From: Myxococcota bacterium
GTDB lineage: Bacteria; Myxococcota_A; Polyangia; Polyangiales; Sandaracinaceae
Assembly: GCA_036149055.1 (NCBI GenBank)
Contig: JAYZQJ010000053.1
Span: 1-39,373 of the forward strand
Length of the DNA: 39,373 bases
Reading direction: 5' to 3'
A program made the translations under genes and the position numbers. The notes beneath the pieces are model-generated. The model saw nothing but the letters and a program-made list of their open reading frames with translations, was not told the origin of the DNA and did no database searches. Each line of letters starts with the position of its first letter. The first letter of the stretch is position 1. Below are positions 1 through 9,045 of the stretch, piece after piece.

Positions 1-206
1 GCCGCAGCCGCCCCCGCAGCCGCCCCCGCAGCCGCCCCCGCAGCCGCCCCCGCAGCCGCCCCCGCAGCCGCTCTCGCTGCCGCAGCCGCTCTCGCTGTCG
101 CAGCCGCTCTCGCAGCCGCTCTCGCAGCCGCGCTCGCTGCCGCAGCCGCGCTCGCTGCCGCTGCCGCTGCCGCTGCCGCGCCCGCTGCCGCGCTCGCTGC
201 CGCTGC
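1..206. repeat. Low-complexity tandem repeat: 12-bp unit (gcagccgccccc)n grading into gcagccgctctc / gctgcc hexamer variants; truncated at the window edge
   Basis: Directly visible: gccgcagccgcccccgcagccgcccccgca... then gcagccgctctcgctgcc...; no start codon in view, so coding status is unknown. Confidence 0.9.
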
Positions 207-328
207 CCGCGGTCGTCGCCGAGTTCGATGAACGAATAGGATCGTCCCCGAAGAACCGGAGCCGACTCCGCGGTCGTCGCCGAGTTTGATGAACGAATAG
301 GATCGTCCCCGAAGAACCGGAGCCGACT
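207..328. repeat. Head-to-tail tandem duplication of 61 bp (207-267 and 268-328), one mismatch
   Basis: ccgcggtcgtcgccgagtt(c/t)gatgaacgaataggatcgtccccgaagaaccggagccgact occurs twice with no spacer; mismatch at 226 vs 287. Confidence 0.95.
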
Positions 329-807
329 CACGCGCGTTCCTCGGCCGCCCCCTCCCGCGCGGCGGCTCGCTCGTGAGAAGGCATCTTGCCCGGCCAGACG
401 AAGTGGCGCGCATATGCCTCCTCGATCCGACGGTCGCCGGTCTTCGTGAACCGAAGGCGCCGCCGCGGGCCCTTTCCGCGCGTCACGTAGGGGACGACGG
501 ACGGCACGAGCTTCAGATCGTGCGCGTGGTACCGGAGGATGCGGAGCAGGCGAGAGAGCCGCGTGAGGTTCCCCTGGATCACGCGCTCGAGATAGGGGAT
601 CCGGCCGAGTCTCCAGTCCTCTACGTGCGCCGGCGCGAGGATGCTCATGGTGACCAGGACGTCGACGGGAGCGACGACCTTGCCCCGGCGCAGCAGCGCG
701 TCGCACGCGCGAACGATCCGCGGGTACATCGGATCGCTGCGATAGGACTCGACGGACACGTAAGCGGGACCCTTGCGTCCCCGCCTTCCTCTCCGAGCGC
801 TCGGCAC
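328..807 (-). CDS. Conserved hypothetical cytoplasmic protein
   Basis: Protein-like composition with motifs VAPVDVL, DWRxGRIPYLE and LRFTKTGD..EEAYARHF, which I recall from a widespread uncharacterised family; start uncertain. Confidence 0.75.
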   Translation of the reverse strand: MPSARRGRRGRKGPAYVSVESYRSDPMYPRIVRACDALLRRGKVVAPVDVLVTMSILAPAHVEDWRLGRIPYLERVIQGNLTRLSRLLRILRYHAHDLKLVPSVVPYVTRGKGPRRRLRFTKTGDRRIEEAYARHFVWPGKMPSHERAAAREGAAEERA

Positions 808-914
808 GGCGCGAGTATGTACGGACCGGCCCGGCGGCGCGAGCCTCGCTGCTGACGCGACGGTGGCAGGAGCCCGGTTGCGTCCGCGGCGAATCGCTGG
901 ACATGCTCGCGCTC

Positions 915-1280
915 ATGAGCAACCCGCACCATCACCACGGCATCGACTACATCGAGATCTCCGTCACCGACATCGAGGCCGCCAAGGCCTTCTACGGCGG
1001 CGCCTTCGGGTGGAGCTTCAACGACTACGCGCCGGGGTACTGCGGCTTCGTCGACCACTCGAGAGGCGACGTCGAGGCGGGCGGGTTCGCGCGCGTGGAG
1101 GAGGTGACGGGCGGCGGCCCGCTGATCGTCATCTACTCGGTGGCCCTCGAGGCGAGCCTCGCCGCGGTGCAGTCGAACGGAGGGGTCGTCACCAAAGACA
1201 TCTTCGAGTTCCCAGGCGGCCGGCGCTTCGAGCTCACCGACCCCTTCGGCAACCGCCTCGCCGTCTGGACCCCGGGCTGA
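915..1280 (+). CDS. VOC/glyoxalase (bleomycin resistance) family protein
   Basis: IDYIEISVTDIEAAKAFY...FGW and FPGGRRFELTDPFGN.LAVW motifs; ATG at 915 (alternative 903). Confidence 0.9.
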   Translation: MSNPHHHHGIDYIEISVTDIEAAKAFYGGAFGWSFNDYAPGYCGFVDHSRGDVEAGGFARVEEVTGGGPLIVIYSVALEASLAAVQSNGGVVTKDIFEFPGGRRFELTDPFGNRLAVWTPG

Positions 1281-1281
1281 C

Positions 1282-1731
1282 CTATTCCCAGTACTCGCCC
1301 TCGAGCACCGCGACTGCGCCGCCTTCGACCCGGAGCTCCCCCGCGATGACGCCGTCCGGCGACAGCGTCAGCGAGTAGCTCGAGAGGTCGAGCCAGACCG
1401 AGGCGGGGGTGGTCTCGCAGATGGTCCGGGCGAGCGTCCCGGGGGGCTCGCCGGCGGCCGGCTCGACGGTTCGCGCCCCGGCGTCATCTTCGCTCGAAGT
1501 GCAGGGGCCGAGGCCGATCTCGAGGCGGTCGCACATGTCGAGCTGGTCGTCGCCGACGCCGCGCCAGAGCTGGAGCGAGCCGACGCAGCCGTCGGCGTCC
1601 ACGTGCACCTGGCCGTGGAAGGTCTCGCCCCGGTAGTCGACCCGGGCGTCGAGGTCGGAGGCGCGGGGCGCGCAGCGACAGTCACCGCAGCCGGCGAGGA
1701 GCACGGTCGCCAGCAGCGCGGCGCGGATCAT
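1282..1731 (-). CDS. Hypothetical lipoprotein (149 aa)
   Basis: ATGA overlap with the fpg stop; signal peptide MIRAALLATVLLAG-C with a lipobox; only the 3' part of the listed 545-aa ORF is credible. Confidence 0.7.
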   Translation of the reverse strand: MIRAALLATVLLAGCGDCRCAPRASDLDARVDYRGETFHGQVHVDADGCVGSLQLWRGVGDDQLDMCDRLEIGLGPCTSSEDDAGARTVEPAAGEPPGTLARTICETTPASVWLDLSSYSLTLSPDGVIAGELRVEGGAVAVLEGEYWE

Positions 1732-2624
1732 CGACCGCCCTCGAGCTCTTCGAGGGTCTTTGGCCAGCTCTTCTTGAGCAGGCGGGAGAGGGAGCGGTCG
1801 GCGAGGAGCTTCCCGTCGGTCTGGCAGGTGGGGCAGTAGTTCGCCTCGTTCTCGGCGTAGCGGATGCGCATCACCTTCTGGCCGCACACCGGGCACGGCT
1901 CCTTGTACTTGCCGTGCACCGCCATCTCGGGGCGGAAGGCGGTGACCTTGGTGGGGAAGTCGTCGCCGGTCTCCTCTCGGAGGCGCTCGATCCACTCGTT
2001 CAACACGTCCTGCGTGCACTGGTGCAGGCGCGCGATCTCCTCGTCGCTCAGCTGATCCGAGCGGCGCATCGGCGACAGCTTCGCGCGGTGCAGGATCTCG
2101 TCGCTGTACGCGTTCCCGATGCCGCTGAGGAGGCGCTGGTCGGTCAGCGAGCGCTTCAGGGTGTGCCGCTCCCGGGTCAGCGCGTCCTTGAACGCCTCGA
2201 AGCTCGCCTCGAGCGGCTCGGTGCCGCCGCGGTCGAAGTCGGCGAGGTTCTTCTCCCCCTTCACCAGGTGGAGCGAGGCGCGCTTCTTCTTGCTCGCCTC
2301 GGTGAGGATCAGCGTGCCGCTCTCGAAGTCGAAGCCGGCGAGGCCCACCCGGCCGGGGATCTTCGCGTTCGGCGCGTCGTCCCACTTGAAGCGGCCGGCG
2401 ACCATGAGGTGGATGACCACGAAGTGATCTCGCTGGAGCTCGAGCACGATGCGCTTTCCGATGCGGCGCAGGCCCTTCACCTTCCGCCCGACCACGTCGT
2501 CGATCGAGGGCTCGACGCTGCGGAGCAGGAACGGGCTCGCGAGGCGGATGGCGGTGAGCTTCTGGCCCACCACCCGCTGGCCGATGGCGTCGATGTAGAG
2601 CTGCACGTCGGGGAGCTCGGGCAT
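1728..2624 (-). CDS. fpg: Fpg/Nei family DNA glycosylase/AP lyase
   Basis: N-terminal MPELPDV (catalytic Pro-Glu), GKRI, HLMVAG, H2TH motif SGIGNAYSDEIL, zinc finger CPVC...CPTCQ. Confidence 0.93.
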   Translation of the reverse strand: MPELPDVQLYIDAIGQRVVGQKLTAIRLASPFLLRSVEPSIDDVVGRKVKGLRRIGKRIVLELQRDHFVVIHLMVAGRFKWDDAPNAKIPGRVGLAGFDFESGTLILTEASKKKRASLHLVKGEKNLADFDRGGTEPLEASFEAFKDALTRERHTLKRSLTDQRLLSGIGNAYSDEILHRAKLSPMRRSDQLSDEEIARLHQCTQDVLNEWIERLREETGDDFPTKVTAFRPEMAVHGKYKEPCPVCGQKVMRIRYAENEANYCPTCQTDGKLLADRSLSRLLKKSWPKTLEELEGGR

Positions 2625-2689
2625 GGGCCCGCAGCATACCAACCGCTCGGCGGCGTTGCGCGCCGCGACGCGGCGTCCATGTATGGCGT

Positions 2690-2944
2690 ATGAGCAAGAC
2701 CGCCCGAGAGCAGGTGCAGGGGATGCGCGAGGACCTCCAGCAGCTCCGCGACCGCATCCGCGTGAAGATGCACCTCGCGAGCATGGAGCTCCGAGACCGC
2801 TTCGAGTCGATCGAGCCGGACGTGCGCGAGTTCGAGCACCGGGCGGAGAAGGTCACCGAGGAGGTCGGCCACGAGCTGCACGAGGGCTGGGCGCACCTCA
2901 AGAAGGCGCTCACCGCCATCGACGACGAGCTCCGCTCCCGCTGA
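2690..2944 (+). CDS. Small coiled-coil hypothetical protein
   Basis: Helical, charged 84 aa with QLRDRIRVKMHLASMELRD motif; typical high GC3 codon usage; divergent from fpg. Confidence 0.75.
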   Translation: MSKTAREQVQGMREDLQQLRDRIRVKMHLASMELRDRFESIEPDVREFEHRAEKVTEEVGHELHEGWAHLKKALTAIDDELRSR

Positions 2945-2950
2945 AGCTCG

Positions 2951-5140
2951 TCACTCGTTCGGCGGCGGGATCCTCGGGGGGACGAGGAAGAAGACGACGC
3001 GGTCGTCGAGCGGCGTGAAGCCGTCGCCCAGGACGTCGATGCGGGCTCGGAAGAGCTGCGGGTCGAGGGTGGGCATCACCGTGGTGTTCATGCGAGGCAC
3101 GATGTCGAAGCAGACCTCGTTGCCCGGGATGACGTTCTCGAACGTGTCCGGGTAGGCGTCGGCGTCGATGCCCGGGCGGTCGACGGTGGTCCATCCGGTG
3201 GTGCAGGTGCGGCCCGGGGCCGGGGTGCTGCGGGTCTCGAGGCGATCGAGGAAGGCGACCACCGCGTCGACCGTCTCGCCGGGGTCCACGATGTCGGTGG
3301 CGCGGGCCGAGACGTCGAGCGGGACCTGCGCGGCCTGATAGATGGCGTCCACCGCCGCGGTGCCGAGCCCGGTGCCGGTCGAGGAGATGCCGATGACGAA
3401 GGGGTTCGGGCTGCCGCTCGCGTCGAGGGTGCTGGTCTGGCGGGCGAACTCCCGGAGCATGTCCCGCGCGTCGGTGCCGCCGCTGTTGACGCCGACCACG
3501 CGGGCGCCGATGCCGTTCAGCGCGGACATCGCCGCGGCGTAGCTGGGCGGCGTGGGCGAGATGCCCGAGTAGGTGGTGCTCGGGTAGTTGTGGCTGATGG
3601 CGTCGGTGATGACGACGATGACCGGGACCGCGTCGGGGCGGAAGCACGCGCCCGCCCGGTGGCCGGCGGCGCAGCTCGGATAGCTCGGCCCGTACCAGAG
3701 GGAGCCGCGGCTCGCGAGGCCCCAGAGCGCCGGGATGTGGCTCTCCGGGTAGTCGACGCCGAAGTGGGTGACGAGGCCGTTCACCGCGGACTGGGCCGCG
3801 GCCGTGGAGCTGGTCATCTGCTGGCGCAGGTAGAGCGGGCGGTCGCCGTCCGAGAGCGAGCCGTAGCCGCCGGTCGGGTAGTCGTCGAAGCCGCCGACCC
3901 CGAACCATGCGTCCGGGATGCGCATGCGGACCTGCGGGATGATCGTCGAGCTCAGGCTGCTGCGGAGGTTGGCGATCTCGCCGCCCATCGAGCCGGTGGT
4001 GTCGACGAGGAAGTACACGTCGGCCTTCTGCAGGCTCGTGTCGAACTGGAGCGTGTCCCGGGTCGGGTCGGGCGGCGCCATGAAGGGCACCACGAACACG
4101 AAGTCGCCGCGGGTGCGCGGGCTGTCGCTCGGGTCCAGCGCGTCGGTGCCCGCGCCGACCTCGATGAGATCGCTGACGCCGTCGCCGTCGGTGTCCGCGC
4201 GGGTCGGGCTCGTGCCGGCCGTGCGCTCGGCCGCGTCGCTCAGGCCGTCGCCGTCGGAGTCGGTGTCGCGGAAGTCGAAGATCCCGTCCATGTCGGTGTC
4301 GACCGGCGGGGTGGAGATGTCGGTGTCGCCCGCCTCCACGAGGTCGGGGATGCCGTCGCCGTCGGTGTCGAGGTCGTAGCGGTCGTCGAGCCCGTCGGCG
4401 TCGGTGTCCTCGAGGGCCTCGATCAGGTCGCTGATCGTGTCGCCGTCGGAGTCGATCGAGTTGTAGTCGGGGACGCCGTTCCGATCGGTGTCCCGGGGGG
4501 CCGAGGGGTCGCCGCCGATCTCGAACACGTCCTCGAGGCCGTCGCCGTCGTTGTCCCCGTCGCGGAAGGCGGGGCGGCCGTCGCCGTCGAGGTCGGAGGT
4601 GCCCTCGATCGAGTCGGGCACGCCGTTGCCGTCGCTGTCGTCGTCGCGGAAGTCGGGCACGCCGTCGAAGTCGGTGTCGACGGGGGAGGTGATCGGGTCG
4701 GCGTCGCCGGCCTCGTCGCGATCGAGGATGCCGTCGTTGTCGCTGTCGGGGTCGAGGTAGTCGGGCGCGCCGTCCCCGTCGGTGTCGGTCGACGTGCCGG
4801 AGGAGCGACCCTCGTGGAAGTCGCTGATCCCGTCCATGTCGGTGTCGCCGAAGGGATCGAAGCCGGCGTCCATCGGCGGCACCCCGGAGTCGGTCATCGG
4901 CAGCCCGGCGTCGGGCATGGGCGGGAGGCCCGCGTCGCGGCTCACGCCGGCGTCGGTCTCGCCGCCGCCGTCGGTGCTCCCTTCGCCGGCGTCGGGCGGG
5001 GCGACGCAGACGCCGTCCACGCAGCGACCGCTCTCGCAGTCGTCGCCCGTCGTGCAGCCGTCCCCGCCGCCCCCGGGGTCTGCCGCGCAGCCCGCCAGCA
5101 GGATCGTGAGCCCCATCCCGAGCCAGCCGTGACGCCTCAT
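2951..5140 (-). CDS. Lipoprotein adhesin with thrombospondin type-3-like Ca-binding repeats and a beta-integrin-like VWA domain (CglD-like architecture)
   Basis: Lipobox LLAG-C; many DxDxDGxxD repeats; MIDAS-type DVYFLVDTTGSM; DYPES and VVITDA motifs. Confidence 0.85.
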   Translation of the reverse strand: MRRHGWLGMGLTILLAGCAADPGGGGDGCTTGDDCESGRCVDGVCVAPPDAGEGSTDGGGETDAGVSRDAGLPPMPDAGLPMTDSGVPPMDAGFDPFGDTDMDGISDFHEGRSSGTSTDTDGDGAPDYLDPDSDNDGILDRDEAGDADPITSPVDTDFDGVPDFRDDDSDGNGVPDSIEGTSDLDGDGRPAFRDGDNDGDGLEDVFEIGGDPSAPRDTDRNGVPDYNSIDSDGDTISDLIEALEDTDADGLDDRYDLDTDGDGIPDLVEAGDTDISTPPVDTDMDGIFDFRDTDSDGDGLSDAAERTAGTSPTRADTDGDGVSDLIEVGAGTDALDPSDSPRTRGDFVFVVPFMAPPDPTRDTLQFDTSLQKADVYFLVDTTGSMGGEIANLRSSLSSTIIPQVRMRIPDAWFGVGGFDDYPTGGYGSLSDGDRPLYLRQQMTSSTAAAQSAVNGLVTHFGVDYPESHIPALWGLASRGSLWYGPSYPSCAAGHRAGACFRPDAVPVIVVITDAISHNYPSTTYSGISPTPPSYAAAMSALNGIGARVVGVNSGGTDARDMLREFARQTSTLDASGSPNPFVIGISSTGTGLGTAAVDAIYQAAQVPLDVSARATDIVDPGETVDAVVAFLDRLETRSTPAPGRTCTTGWTTVDRPGIDADAYPDTFENVIPGNEVCFDIVPRMNTTVMPTLDPQLFRARIDVLGDGFTPLDDRVVFFLVPPRIPPPNE

Positions 5141-5201
5141 GTGTGCTCCCTCCGTTCGCTCTGGAGGATCACATTACCACCGGACGCACCGGCCGAGGAG
5201 G

Positions 5202-6530
5202 TCAGGGGAGCCGGAGATCGAGCATCACGTAGAAGAACTGGCTGATCTCGTCGTGGCCGAGGTTCTCGGCCGCCGGCCCGGGGAGGAAGAGGGAGTAGCC
5301 GCCCTGCAGCGACACCGCCGGGCTCGGGCGCCAGTTGGCGACGAGGTCGAGCTCGAGGCCGAGCAGGTGCTCCCCGTTGGCGGCGCTCCGCCCGAGCAGC
5401 CGCCCGTTCTGGCCCCGCCACGGGCCCTGCGGCTCGGGGAGCGCGAAGCCGTGCACGTCGAGCCAGACGGCGAGCTTGGTGCCTTCGGGCGCGGTCCGGA
5501 CCCGCACGAAGGCGCTCCCCATGTTGGCCAGCGAGGCGTAGTCGATGATGCCGTAGCGCGCGTGGTTGGCGGGGAAGAGGTTGTCGAAGGTGTCGAGGTC
5601 GTCGCTCGGGCCGGTGCCGAAGGAGCCGCCGCCCCGGAGCTCGAAGCCGAGCGCGCCGGCGAAGCGGTAGCCGGCCCAGCCCGCGCCCGCGAAGGCGAAG
5701 TGCACGTCCCCGCCGTTCGGCTCCTCGCCGATCTGCGCCATCGCCTCGAGGTCGTAGACGAAGCCGCCCGCGACGCCGTGCATGCGGATCGAGCCGGTGC
5801 CGAGGTGGGGCTCCTCGAGGTTGCCGAGGCCGCCGAGGCCGCCCGGCGACGGGTTGTGGTCCGAGAAGCCGTCGTAGCGGTAGAGCACCGTCGGCTCGAG
5901 CACGAGGGCCGGCGAGACGACGGCCATCGCGCGCAGGCCGAAGAGCAGCCGGCCGGGGTGCTCGGTGTTCGGGAGCACGGAGCCGAACCCTCCCGGCTGG
6001 CTCAGGAGCCAGGCGCCGAACGCGTCGAAGCTGATCCCGCCGAGGTCGACCCGGCCGCGCACTGCGTCGAAGGAGATGCCCGGGCCCCAGGGCGCGGCGC
6101 TGATGAGGCGCTGGTTGCCCCACCGGATCTCCTGCCGCCCGACCCGCAGCCACCCCTCGTCGAAGGTGAGCTCGCCGAAGGCCTGATAGAGGTCGGTCGT
6201 CGCCAGCTCCTGACCCGTCTGGCCGAACCGGCGCGCGTCGCGGAGCACGAGGACCGCCCGGAAGTTTCGCCAGCGCGCGTCCGCGCCCATCCACACCCGG
6301 TGCTCGACCCGGAAGCGGTCGAGGTCGTCCACGAGCGGCGGGTCGTCGAGCAGGTACTCGTAGTTGCCCAGCCGGATCTCGCCTCGCTCGCGCACCCGGA
6401 GGATCGGCGAGAGCCACAGCTCACCCTCCCGCAGGACGCTCCGCTCCGATCGCGCCCCGCGCTCCGGCGACTGCGCGGCCGCGACGCTGGCGGTGCAGAG
6501 GAGACCGAGGGCGAGGGCGAGACTGCGCAT
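5202..6530 (-). CDS. Alginate export family (AlgE-like) outer-membrane beta-barrel
   Basis: Signal peptide; LYQAF, LRVGRQEI.WGNQRLI, SFDAVR and FDNLFPANH.RYG motifs; amphipathic beta strands. Confidence 0.8.
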   Translation of the reverse strand: MRSLALALGLLCTASVAAAQSPERGARSERSVLREGELWLSPILRVRERGEIRLGNYEYLLDDPPLVDDLDRFRVEHRVWMGADARWRNFRAVLVLRDARRFGQTGQELATTDLYQAFGELTFDEGWLRVGRQEIRWGNQRLISAAPWGPGISFDAVRGRVDLGGISFDAFGAWLLSQPGGFGSVLPNTEHPGRLLFGLRAMAVVSPALVLEPTVLYRYDGFSDHNPSPGGLGGLGNLEEPHLGTGSIRMHGVAGGFVYDLEAMAQIGEEPNGGDVHFAFAGAGWAGYRFAGALGFELRGGGSFGTGPSDDLDTFDNLFPANHARYGIIDYASLANMGSAFVRVRTAPEGTKLAVWLDVHGFALPEPQGPWRGQNGRLLGRSAANGEHLLGLELDLVANWRPSPAVSLQGGYSLFLPGPAAENLGHDEISQFFYVMLDLRLP

Positions 6531-6610
6531 GGGCGCGACCCTACCGTGACCGCCGGTCGCTTTGGCAAGTCCGCGGCCGGCTCGTTATCTTCGTCTCCGG
6601 GGGGAAGCCG

Positions 6611-7183
6611 ATGTTCGACATCCAGAGCCCGTGCGACGAGCGGTGGGAGGCGATGACCCCGCGGGGCGAGGGGCGGCACTGCGCGCGCTGCGATCGGGTG
6701 GTGGTCGATCTCTCCCGGCTGACCCGGGCGCAGGCGGAGGCGCGGATGAAGCGCGCCACCGGGCGCGTCTGCCTCGCCGTCCGCCGTGACGTCGTGACCG
6801 ATCGACCGGTCTTCCGGCCCGAGCCGGCGGTGGCGCCGCGCTGGGCGGGCGGGCTCGTGCTGGCGGCCGCGCTCGGCGGCGGGTGCGCGTCGGCGGAGGC
6901 GGCGCCGGCGGAGGTCGAGGTGCACGCCGAGCCCGAGCCGCTCCCGGAGCCCGGGCCCCCGATGGAGCCGGTGACCCGCGACGCCCAGGTCGAGCGAGCG
7001 GACGAGGCGCCGACCCTGGTCACCCGCGCCGTCCCGCAGGACGAGCTGGCGCTCGAGCCCGACCCGGCGACGCCGACCGCCGCGCAGCGCCGCCTGACCG
7101 CCGACAAGCATCGCCCCACGGTGTACCCCGCCACAGCGCACCCCGCGCACCCCGGCCGCACCTACCTCACGCTGGGGTTCTAG
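6611..7183 (+). CDS. Hypothetical protein with an N-terminal Cys-rich module (PCxExWxxM...RHCxxC..VVD), a TM segment and a Pro-rich tail
   Basis: IQSPCDERWEAMTPRGEGRHCARCDRVVVDLS resembles a recurrent unnamed N-terminal module; hydrophobic WAGGLVLAAALGGG follows. Confidence 0.6.
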   Translation: MFDIQSPCDERWEAMTPRGEGRHCARCDRVVVDLSRLTRAQAEARMKRATGRVCLAVRRDVVTDRPVFRPEPAVAPRWAGGLVLAAALGGGCASAEAAPAEVEVHAEPEPLPEPGPPMEPVTRDAQVERADEAPTLVTRAVPQDELALEPDPATPTAAQRRLTADKHRPTVYPATAHPAHPGRTYLTLGF

Positions 7184-9005
7184 CTCCGGCGTCCAGGTAG
7201 CTCTTGGCCTGGAGCGACCACATGCGCGCGTAGAGGCCGTCCGCTTCGAGCAGCTCCGCGTGGGTGCCGACCTCGGCGATCCGGCCACCGTCGAGCACCA
7301 CGATGCGGTCCGCCATCGGCACCGAGCTGAAGCGGTGGGTGATCAGGATCGCGGTGGCGTCCTTCTTCAGGTCGGCGAAGCGCTCGAAGATCTCGTGCTC
7401 GCCCTGCGCGTCGAGGGCGGCGGTGGGCTCGTCGAGCACGAGGACCTTGCTCTTGCGCATGAAGGCGCGGGCGAGCGCGAGGCGCTGCCACTGCCCGACC
7501 GAGAGCTCCTCGCCGCCGAACCAGCGGCCGAGCATCGCGTCGTAGCCCTCGGGCAGGCCCTCGATGGTCTCGTCGGCGCCGGCGAGCCGGGCCGCCTCCT
7601 TCGCGCGTTCGCGGTCGTCGATGTCGGGCATCCAGCCGAGGCCGACGTTCTCCTGCACCGAGAAGTGGTAGTGCACGAAGTCCTGGAAGAGCACGCCGAT
7701 GCGCGCGCGGAGCGCCCCGGGGTCGAGCTCGGCGATGTCCTCACCGCCGATCCGGACCTGACCTTCGCTGGGCGGATAGAGGCCGACGAGCAGCTTGATC
7801 AGCGTCGTCTTGCCCGCGCCGTTCGGGCCCACCAGCGCGATGGTCTCGCCGGCGCCGATCTCGAGGTCGATGTCCTCGAGCGCGGTCCGCTCGGATCCCG
7901 GGTAGCGGAAGGTCACGCCCTCGAAGCGGATCGACGGGCCGCTCTCGTCCAGCTCCGCCTCGGCGGGGGTCACCCGCGCGACGTCGTCGCTCTCCACCGC
8001 GAGCAGCTCGAAGAGGTTGTCCATGTAGAGGTTGTCTTCGTAGGCCCGGGCCAGGCTCAGCATCGCGCTCTGGAAGTCGCGCTGCCCCTGCCGGAACACC
8101 GTGAGGTAGAGCGTCATCGAGCCGAGGGTGATCACCCCGGCCGCGGTCTGCCCGACGATCACGACGTAGATGGCGTAGAAGACGAGCACGCTGAACACGC
8201 CGAAGACGGTCACCGCCGCGCCCCGCTTGCGCGCGAAGTCGCGATCCTCCTCGTAGAAGCGCTCGAACAGCGCGCGGTGCTTGCCGAGCAGCCACGAGCC
8301 GAGCGCGAAGAGCTTGATCTCCTTCACGTGGTAGTCGGCGGTCAGCAGCTGCTGCAGGTAATAGGCGCGCCGCTCGTCCTGGGTGCGCCGCACCCGCATC
8401 GCGTACTGCCCCGCCGCGAAGCGCGTGTCGGCGAGGAAGGGCAGGCTCGCGAGCAGCAGCGCCAGCACCGCCCAGACCGAGAACGAGAGCAGGAGCGCGC
8501 AGTAGCCGGTCAGGGTGAGCACGCTGCGGCCGAGCGACAGCCCCTGCGTGATCATCTCGAGGGGGCGCCACGAGCTCTCCTTGCGGGCCCGCTCCACCAC
8601 GTCCATCAGCGCCGGATCCTCGAAGTGCTTCAGGCTGAGCGAGAGCGTCTTCTCGAAGATGAAGGCGTCCACGTGGAGCGCGAGCCGGGTCCGCAGCAGC
8701 TGCGAGGCGTAGCCGAGGTACTGCCCGGAGGTGTGGGTCCCGAGGATGAGCAGCAGCTCGATCGCGACCCAGGTGAGCGCGTCCTCGGTCGGGTGCCCCG
8801 GGGTGTCGATCGCCAGCACCACCGCGTCGACGATCTGCTTGCCGACCCAGGCGATGGCCACCGGCAGGGCGGCGTTGACGATCGAGGCCGCGACGTAGCG
8901 GCCGGTGAGCCCGGGCTCGACTTTCCACGCGATGCCGATCGCGCGGCGCACGTTGCGGCCGAGGAGGCGGATCTGGCGCGCGGTGCTTCTCGGCGGCGAG
9001 GCCAC
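7167..9005 (-). CDS. ABC transporter, fused permease/ATP-binding exporter
   Basis: N-terminal TM domain; Walker A GPNGAGKTT; signature LSVGQWQR; Walker B VLVLDEPT; H-loop ITHR; GTG start. Confidence 0.93.
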   Translation of the reverse strand: MASPPRSTARQIRLLGRNVRRAIGIAWKVEPGLTGRYVAASIVNAALPVAIAWVGKQIVDAVVLAIDTPGHPTEDALTWVAIELLLILGTHTSGQYLGYASQLLRTRLALHVDAFIFEKTLSLSLKHFEDPALMDVVERARKESSWRPLEMITQGLSLGRSVLTLTGYCALLLSFSVWAVLALLLASLPFLADTRFAAGQYAMRVRRTQDERRAYYLQQLLTADYHVKEIKLFALGSWLLGKHRALFERFYEEDRDFARKRGAAVTVFGVFSVLVFYAIYVVIVGQTAAGVITLGSMTLYLTVFRQGQRDFQSAMLSLARAYEDNLYMDNLFELLAVESDDVARVTPAEAELDESGPSIRFEGVTFRYPGSERTALEDIDLEIGAGETIALVGPNGAGKTTLIKLLVGLYPPSEGQVRIGGEDIAELDPGALRARIGVLFQDFVHYHFSVQENVGLGWMPDIDDRERAKEAARLAGADETIEGLPEGYDAMLGRWFGGEELSVGQWQRLALARAFMRKSKVLVLDEPTAALDAQGEHEIFERFADLKKDATAILITHRFSSVPMADRIVVLDGGRIAEVGTHAELLEADGLYARMWSLQAKSYLDAGARTPA

Positions 9006-9045
9006 GGGCCTCGATTACCACGAAGCGTGTATCCTCGCGCGGCGC

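Noticed and set aside
207..328. Possible CRISPR array
   Set aside because: Only two units, directly adjacent with no spacer, 61 bp long, and no cas genes in the window
1282..2919. 545-aa ORF, and similar long 5' extensions of ORFs 12191-13858, 12988-15267, 14355-15884, 16894-18177 and 29042-31591
   Set aside because: The upstream parts overlap real genes in another frame; coupled starts at 1731, 12991, 14352, 15422, 17127 and 29848 give coherent proteins
5202..6530. AlgE-like porin as the export channel for the product of the carrier/glycan locus
   Set aside because: It is separated by a divergent gene, and this family is often unlinked to polysaccharide export; there is no evidence beyond proximity
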